64,000 bases of DNA, taken from assembly GCF_009914755.1 (NCBI RefSeq), contig NC_060943.1; one strand, 5' to 3'. The translations under genes and the position numbers were made by a program. Under the pieces are notes generated by a model. It was not told the origin of the DNA, did no database searches, and saw nothing but the letters and a program-made list of their open reading frames with translations. This DNA is from the human T2T-CHM13v2.0 reference genome, Homo sapiens. Of this stretch, positions 1-64,000 are shown piece by piece. Within the stretch, counting starts at the first letter, position 1. Every line of letters starts with the position of its first letter.

Positions 1-123
1 TTGCTGAGCGGTAGGGAAGGACAGAGTGTCCTGACTATAGCAGGGAGATTACCCCTGCCTGGCCCCAAGTCCCTCCCCCGACTTCCCGGGCCTAAAATCC
101 CTGGAGTCTGCATCCATCTCTAC

Positions 124-14250
<14,127 letters not shown>

Positions 14251-14420
14251 GGCCGGCGCCCGTCCCTCTCAGTGGCGCCGCTGAGTGAGGCGGAAGGGCC
14301 GGCGGGTGGCGGGTGGCGGGCGGCGGGCAGTGGCCGGGCGCTGAGGCCAGAGGGGCGGAGCGGCCGAGCTGCTGGGGCGGGGCGGGGCAGGGCAGGCCGG
14401 ACCCAGCCTCTGGGTGCCTC
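14251..14420 (-). promoter_or_regulatory. RGL3: RGL3 5'UTR and CpG-island promoter with GC boxes
   Basis: CpG-rich region with several GGGCGG boxes (e.g. ggggcggggcggggc near 14374-14388) just upstream of the ATG at 14250. Confidence 0.75.
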
Positions 14421-14639
14421 CAGCCGGACCCAGCGCCAGCCCAGGAGAGGTCCTGGCTCTTCCGCTGGGTGCCTATCAATCTGTCCCCAGAAGAAAGGAC
14501 ATATCTGTCCCCAAGGGGTCTTTTTTGTATCCCCAGATGTGGGGGAGCTCCTGTGTGGGGGCATGTGTGTGTCCCCAGACCAGAGTCCTCTGTCCTCCAG
14601 TGGAAGGGGCTAGCTTGATCAAGTGTGGGGGCATCTTCC

Positions 14640-15104
14640 ACTTTTTATTATTATTGCTATTATTTTGAGATGGAGTCTCGTTCTGTCACCCATGCTGGAG
14701 TACAGTGGCTTGATCTTAACTCACTGCAACCTCCGCCTCCCAGATTCAAAGGATTCTTGTGCCTCAGCCTCCCAAGTAGCTAGGATTACAGGTGCCGCCA
14801 CCATGCTCAGCTAATTTTTGTATTTTTTGTAGAGGCGGGGTTTTGCCATACTTGCCAGGCTGGTCTCAAACTCCTGGCCTCAAGAGATTCGCCCACCTCA
14901 GCCTCCCAAAATGCTGGGATTACAGGCATGAACCACGGCGCCCAGCCTTATTATTTTTTAGAGACAGGGTCTCACTCCTGTTGCCAAGGCTGCAGTGTAG
15001 TGGCTTGATCTTGGCTCACTGCAATCTCCGCCTCCTGGGTTCAATCCATTCTCCTGCCTCAGTCTCCCAAGTAGCTGGGACTACAGGCATATGCCACCAT
15101 GCTC

Positions 15105-15135
<31 letters not shown>

Positions 15136-15422
15136 GGTAAAAACTGGTTTTCACCATGTTGCCCAGGCTAGTCTGGAACCCCTGGGCTCAAGCGACACAC
15201 CCAGCTCAGCCTCCCAAAGTGCTGGGAATATAGGTATGAATGAGCCACTGCACCCCGCCCTTATTTTATTTATTGAGACAGGGTCTGGCTCTGTGGCCCA
15301 GGCTGGAGTGCAGTAGCACGATCATAGCTCACTGCAGCCTGGAGCTCCTGGACTCAAGTGATCCTCCCAACTCAGCCTCCCAAAATACTGGGATTACAGG
15401 CATAAAACCACTACATCGGGCC
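14640..15422 (-). mobile_element. Three antisense Alu pieces between the ODAD3 3' end and the RGL3 promoter
   Basis: Alu consensus motifs. Confidence 0.85.
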
Positions 15423-15582
15423 ATCTCCCATTTTTAAGCTCCATCTGCGTCACTAGCTGATGGGAGTCATCATGACCCAGGTTGGAGGAGGCAGTCTGTG
15501 GCCCTGGGTTTTCAGGGACAGCCGTCTCTTGGGTGGTGCAGGGTCAAAAACAGATGAATACCCAGGGTCATGGTCGGTAACA

Positions 15583-15588
15583 TTTATT
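15583..15588 (-). terminator. ODAD3: ODAD3 polyadenylation signal AATAAA
   Basis: tttatt on the plus strand, ~210 nt downstream of the stop codon. Confidence 0.85.
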
Positions 15589-15798
15589 GCGCAACTCTGA
15601 GGCCGGGGCGGACCCAGCTGGGGAGATTTACTGTGGGAACGTCTGGCCCGGCCCCTTCCTCCCCTCCGGGCGCCGCTGGCCGCCTCCGTTCCCGGTCCGG
15701 GCCGCGTTCAGCCCCTGAAGGGGCCCCGTGGGGCCTGCGCTAGACCCGGAGGGATCGGGGGCTCCGAAGGGGGCCGCCTGGTGGGTGTCAGGACGAGT

Positions 15799-30568
<14,770 letters not shown>

Positions 30569-30659
30569 TTAGGGGGATAACTAGGAGTCAGTCGCCCCTG
30601 TCAGGGATCCGTCAGCTCGGATTCCTAGGGCTCTGAAAAATGCACTTTCCGACCGCTAG

Positions 30660-31140
30660 GTGGTTGCGCTCCGCATCTCTCGGTTGCCAGGTAACCGCCT
30701 CCCCGTCTCTCTCCACTGTTTCCATGGAGATCACCCGCGTTCCGTGGCTGACACTGCGTTCTCATTGGCTGAGGCTGCATAGAGGGGCGGTCCCAACAGT
30801 GGGCGGGGTAGAGCCGCGCCGCAGGACGGAGGGTCTGGACACTTTGGGGTCACGTGCTCATTCCGTTTCCCTACCTCCCCCAACCTTATCCCGCCCCTGG
30901 GGGTTCGCGGGCATTTTTCAGGAACTTTCTTTCCGGCTTGAGAAGCCGCCACTCCCAAGATGGAGGTACGCTGCGCCGCCATTAAGAGCTAGCCCTCAGA
31001 ACTATCCTCTCTAAGGTTTCACAGTCCTGCCCAAGATGGCCGTCTCGGCTCTGGCACCGCCCCCACTCCTGCCTCTCCCAACATGGCGACCCTGAGTCTC
31101 CGTTCCCGGTGCGGAACGTACGACCGGAAGTGACGGGGTC
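30660..31140. promoter_or_regulatory. Bidirectional CpG-island promoter shared by ODAD3 and PRKCSH
   Basis: Head-to-head genes. RFX X-box 30683-30695, X-box-like 30718-30731, CCAAT 30764-30768, GC boxes, E-box GTCACGTG 30849-30856, YY1-like motifs (30975-30983, 31032-31040, 31080-31088) and ETS-CRE ACCGGAAGTGACG 31123-31135. Confidence 0.85.
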
Positions 31141-31228
31141 CAGAAATTTCCGCTTTCTTTCTGCAGCAGGAACCGCGGCTGCTGGACAAGAGGGGTGCGG
31201 TGGATACTGACCTTTGCTCCGGCCTCGT
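31135..31228 (+). other. PRKCSH: PRKCSH non-coding exon 1 (start approximate)
   Basis: Donor GTAGGT at 31229. Acceptor ttcttcctgcag ends at 31562, so exon 2 starts at 31563. Confidence 0.7.
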
Positions 31229-31293
31229 GTAGGTGTGAACGAGCGGGTGGGAGGGCACCTCAGTTTCTTACAGGGGGCAACCGGAGGGTGCAT
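31212..31293 (-). CDS. ODAD3: Candidate alternative first coding exon of ODAD3 (MHPPVAPCKKLRCPPTRSFTPTRGRSK)
   Basis: ATG at 31293, donor AAG|GTCAGT at 31212/31211. 82 nt = phase 1, the same phase as canonical exon 1, so it is in frame with exon 2 (541-aa product). Confidence 0.6.
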
Positions 31294-31639
31294 GTGTGGG
31301 TGTGGACGGCGGAGGCTGTTAATCCCTTTGGTCTGTTGGCGGGAATTGGGTCACAATTGGGCACAGGGAGCGGAGGTTTTGAGATCTTGAGATCCTCGCC
31401 ATTGATTTGAGCAAAGTGAGACTGGCCAGGATTGGGGAGATCGCTGCCCCTCGCCCCCATATCGGAAACAAAGTGAGGCCTCATTGCCTGGAAGCGATGG
31501 AGGAATCCAATTGGCTGGAAGTAGCCCTCTCCCACTGACCGGGATCCGCTTTCTTCCTGCAGCGTGAAGACACAGCGCATCTCCCCGCTGTAGGCTTCCT
31601 CCCACAGAACCCGTTTCGGGCCTCAGAGCGTCTGGTGAG

Positions 31640-46130
<14,491 letters not shown>

Positions 46131-46164
46131 CCAGCTTTCTAATCTGGTCTTTCTCTTGCCCCAG

Positions 46165-46487
46165 AACCTCAAGAAGGCATGAAGCCAGCCCCTGCAGTGC
46201 CGTCCACCCGCCCCTCTGGGCCTGCCTGTGGCTCTGTTGCCCTCCTCTGTGGCGGCAGGACCTTTGTGGGGCTTCGTGCCCTGCTCTGGGGCCCAGGCGG
46301 GGCTGGTCCACATTCCCAGGCCCCAACAGCCTTCAAAGATGGGTAAAGGAGCTTGCCCTCCCTGGGCCCCCCACCTTGGTGACTCGCCCCACCACCCCCA
46401 GCCCTGTCCCTGCCACCCCTCCTAGTGGGGACTAGTGAATGACTTGACCTGTGACCTCAATACAATAAATGTGATCCCCCACCCAAA
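46165..46487 (+). other. PRKCSH: PRKCSH last, wholly untranslated exon (end approximate)
   Basis: Donor GAG|GTGGGC after 44947; acceptor ttctcttgccccag ending at 46164. Confidence 0.8.
46464..46469 (+). terminator. PRKCSH: PRKCSH polyadenylation signal AATAAA
   Basis: AATAAA followed by a GU-rich downstream element (ttgtctgtgtct at ~46489-46500). Confidence 0.88.
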
Positions 46488-46844
46488 CTTGTCTGTGTCT
46501 GCCTCGCTTTGCTGGGGTGTGGACCGGGGTGTGGGCAGGGGTTGAGCGCAGGGGACGCAGCTTTCTGCAGATCCCACCCGGGCCTCCCCCACCATCTGGG
46601 GATCACTCCTGAAGATACCAGGTGGATGGACCCTGGACCATTTCTGTCTTGAGCATCCATCCGGGCCCGTGTCCCACCTTCCCTGGGTCTCATCTGTGCT
46701 CTGTGGAGGCCAAGGGTTCCCTCCCGGGGCCAAAGCCCCTGCTGCAGACAGACCCAGGCCCAGAGAAGGACGGGGGCCTGGGCGCTACTACACAGGCTGC
46801 TCCTGCGTGCTCCCCGCGCAGCGGTGCAGAGATCACCCAAGGCC

Positions 46845-49800
46845 TTAAGATTCTGAACTTTTATTTTCTGGCATGAAAAGTACAAATAATTAAACAATTC
46901 CATGTAAAAGTCTGTTACCGCGGCCAGGCCTGTGATCCCGGTAATAAATAGTCTAAACGCAACGCGAAGTGTTCTTGTTGGGTTTTTTTTTTTTTTTTGT
47001 CTTTTGTTTTGTCTTTTTTTTTTTTTTTTTTTTTACAGTTTTTTATCACCTCCAACATGGACTCTGTCGTGATTTGAAACCTTCCGAATAAATAACAGGA
47101 TGAAGGGAGGGGTGGAGGGGCTGAGCCCCCTCCCCCCTGGCCTGGCCCCTGCCCCCCAGGGACGTGGAAGCCCCAAGTCCCCCTCGCCTGGGAGCCCCGG
47201 CCTGGCCCCCTGCGGGGAGGGGCTGGCCTCCAGGGAGGGGGCCTGGCTGGGCTGAGTTTTGTGTTTTAGAAAAAGAAGTCCCCTCCCAGTCTTGGGGGTG
47301 GCAGGGGCCTAGGCCTCGGTGGGGGGGGGGTGTGTGGGGAGGTGCCCCCTCTCTGGAGCCTGGCCCCCCCCAGGGTGGGGGACAAACCCAGCCCTTATTG
47401 CTCGGACGCCCTGCTGCAAGCTTCCCACGCGGACGTGCGTGTTCCCGAATGCAGAGGGCGGAGGGGAGAGAGCCCCAAGAGACAGCAGGGGAGAGGGGTC
47501 CCTGCCCTGCTGCAGGGGAGAGGAGAGAGGGCAGGGAGGACTTAAAACCACGAGAATAAATAGGTTCGTGTATCAAGAACAAGCTAGGGATTTCACCAGC
47601 TAAATAGGACTGAAAAAATTCTCAAGACAAGAGCAAAAAGAATCCCATTGGTGACCTGGACGTCGCTGGCCGTGGGGACTGTCCCGCAGAGCACACGCCC
47701 CCGCGTGCCACTCGGCTACCATTACTGTTATTAATAATTATTATTACTTTAATGATTCCACTTCCCCTTTTATAAATAAATTAGGCATAACCATGTCTCG
47801 GCAAAACTTAAAGAAACAAAGAGAACATTGTCGTTCCTTTAACTTGCAAACCGGATGAAGTAACAGAAATATACACGGATGTCCTTACAGGGCAACGAGG
47901 AGAATAAATAGTTAACATAGCAATAAGTTAAAACTACAAGAAGCTAAATTCAGCAAAAAAGTACAAGAAAGTTAACTGGTGCCAGTTTATGTCTTTTTTT
48001 TTTTTCCTTTTTTTTTTTTAAATCTCTTCTGTGTGTTTTCTTTTTTTGTTGCTTTTTTTTCCTCTTCTGTTTGTGTTTTTTTGTCGCTTTTTTGATTTTT
48101 TTCTTTTTTGTTCCTTGCAGCAGAAGCTCCACAGACGTTTAATAACAACACCGGGAGGGGTGGGGGAGAGAGAGCTGGACAGTCAGATGGGGGCGCCATA
48201 GCCAGACACCAAACGTGGGGACACCGGGGGAAGGCAACTTAACTATAGCTAAAGTCGGGGGTTTTGCAATTCTCAGTTCCGATGGGGCCGCTGAGTGGGG
48301 TGGGGAGCGGTGCGAGGGCTCCCAGGGGCTCCGGCCTGTGGCTTCTGTTGGAATTTTTTTTTTTTAAAGAAAGAAAACTAGGGCGATGCAATGTCCAGAC
48401 AGAAGCCGGGGGCCGGGGCTCGAGATCGGGGGCTGTGTCCACTGCAATCTGGAAAGACGAAAAACCCAACAAACCGAAAGGGGATAGGTAGGTGACAAGT
48501 GGACGGGAAAGGAGTGTGGGGCTGGGCCTTTGGGCCCATCCACCCCACCCTGGGCCTGGCGGGGAGTGCCGGGGTCTTGCTGCCGGGGAGGCCCAGTCCT
48601 GGTGGGGGAGGCTCAGGGCTGGGCCTCTCCCTCAGCTGTGTGGGCCAAGGCCTCGGCCCAGGGGGAGGCTGAGCCCCGGGGACAGGGGTGTCCTTTGGCC
48701 TCAAGTGTTGTGGGGGGGGGGGCTGCCTCCAGCCCACCGTGACGCCAAGGTGGAACGAGGTATCGTGTGTCTCAATGCATGTGCGCTGCGTGTGCACGCC
48801 TGTGTTCGTGGGCGCCAAGGAGACCGCTGGGGGTCCAGGAGAGATCTCTGCAGAGAACCTGGGGGCCAGGGCGAGGGGGCCGAGAGGGTGAGGGAGCGTC
48901 TGGGGCAGGGTCTGGGGTGGGACCTCCTGCCTGGGCCTGTGGGATGCTATGGGCATATGTCTGCGTGTTCCTGGGTGGTGTTTGTGTTTCTCCGTGACCT
49001 GGTGTCCAAATTTGATGTCCAAATATCTATCGCTACATTCACGTGTGCACGTGGACAGGTGGATGGATTCGTGTGCCCACATCTGTGGTCTGTGTCCACA
49101 TGGACGTAGCCCCAGCTTCTGTCTCTTTCTGTCTATCCCTGTCCACGTGTCTGAGTTTGGCCAACCAGTCCCTTAACGTGTCTGGGGCATGTCGCTGTGT
49201 CCGTCTGCGTCTGTCCGTGTGTCCCCGTGGTGTGACTGTCTGCGTGGTTGTTTCTCTGTGTGGCCCCGTGGGCTGCTAGCCCCTAAGCCCTGCTCCCTGG
49301 GCCCCCCCCACCCCCGCCCCAGTTGGTAAACATAACCTGCCAAAATATTTTCTTTTTTTTTTTTTGTCTTTTTTTGTGTTTTTTTTTTTCAAGTTCAAGA
49401 ATCCCCAGTAAAAATTCTCCACGAGGTCTTTTTCCCTTTTTACAAAAATAGAGTTTTTCTTCCCCTCCCACCCCCCTTTTTTTTTCATTTTGTTTCTGCT
49501 TCCAGCCCCACTGCCTGCTCCCCCGCATTCCACCAGGGGGCACTGGGCCGGGGGTGCCCACACCCCTCCTCACGGTTCGCTTTTTTGGGGATTTTTAAAC
49601 CTGTTCCTCCTACCCCAGGCCCCACCTAGGTGCTGGGGAGGCCTGGGCAAGGGGGTCTGGGAGGGCACCCCCTGGAGCCCCCCAAGCCATCCCATCGGGG
49701 GTGGTCGAGGGTGGGGGTGGGGGCACATCTCTGCATTCTTTTTAGCCGAAAAAAGAAACAAAAACCTTCACCATGAACCAAACCAAGACGAGAGAGTGAA

Positions 49801-49968
49801 CAGCCCAGCCTGGGGTGGGGGCAGGAGGATGGGGCGGGGGATCCCCGGGCACCCCCCCAATTCCCTGCAGACCCTCCCACCCCAGAGTGCTCACCCTGTG
49901 GCTTCCGCAGGGACGTGGGGCCCTCGCGTCGTCCGTGGGGCTGCCTGTGCTGTCTCTCTTGGGCCCCT

Positions 49969-50005
<37 letters not shown>

Positions 50006-50044
50006 GCTGCCCGGGGAGGGGGTGGGAGGGCAGGCGGGGTGGGC
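46845..50044 (-). other. ELAVL3: ELAVL3 long 3'UTR (~3.2 kb, Alu-free, AU-rich and A-rich blocks)
   Basis: Runs from the stop at 50045 to the AATAAA at 46860-46865. No interspersed repeats are visible despite the Alu-saturated surroundings. Confidence 0.8.
46860..46865 (-). terminator. ELAVL3: ELAVL3 distal polyadenylation signal AATAAA
   Basis: tttatt on the plus strand at the end of the AU-rich 3'UTR block. Confidence 0.75.
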
Positions 50045-62359
<12,315 letters not shown>

Positions 62360-62611
62360 TCACCGCCCAGTCCCCACACCAGGGGCCTGCGGCAATGAGT
62401 GGCTTGGTGGTGATGAATTAGCCATGTCTTATAGGGGCTTCGTCATGGGGAGGGGTCACTTTATTATTCTAATGATGGGAATAATGATGGGATTCCATAT
62501 ATTGGAATAAGCATTGGGGGGAAACAAAGCACCTGATGTTTTTACTGCAAGAAATCCCTTATATGACTACTATATACGCAAACAGAGGCCTAAAATCAAC
62601 CTGTGCATTTA

Positions 62612-64000
<1,389 letters not shown>

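Noticed and set aside
30743-30768. CGTGG...ATTGG as an ER stress element (ERSE)
   Set aside because: The spacer is 16 nt rather than the required 9.

Overview
Human (primate) genomic DNA, GC-rich and very Alu-dense, recognisable as the chr19p13.2 locus RGL3 - ODAD3 (CCDC151) - PRKCSH - ELAVL3. I rebuilt the gene models by hand from the translations and GT/AG junctions. RGL3 (minus) has exons 1-9 in the window and its 3' part runs off the left edge. ODAD3 (minus) is complete, 13 coding exons, 595 aa. PRKCSH (plus) is complete, 527 aa in this allele, ending in HDEL. ELAVL3/HuC (minus) has exons 2-7 plus a ~3.2 kb 3'UTR, with exon 1 off the right edge. Non-coding features include a Y1 RNA retrocopy, a U13 snoRNA retrocopy split by an Alu, two TA-rich VNTRs, an ~820-nt CA/UG-rich tract, MIR/L2/MER relics and roughly 90 Alu pieces (eye estimate). 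I see no wholly new gene system. The best leads are four. (i) A poison cryptic exon in ELAVL3 intron 3 whose 3' splice site may be brought next to a large UG tract by an inverted Alu pair. (ii) A 165-codon open +1 frame across PRKCSH exons 2-6. (iii) An in-frame alternative ODAD3 first exon antisense to PRKCSH exon 1. (iv) An array of copies of the RGL3 exon-2 donor that includes a perfect decoy 5' splice site. Most entries in the ORF track are Alu, repeat or antisense artefacts. Gene names and literature links are from memory and were not checked against databases.
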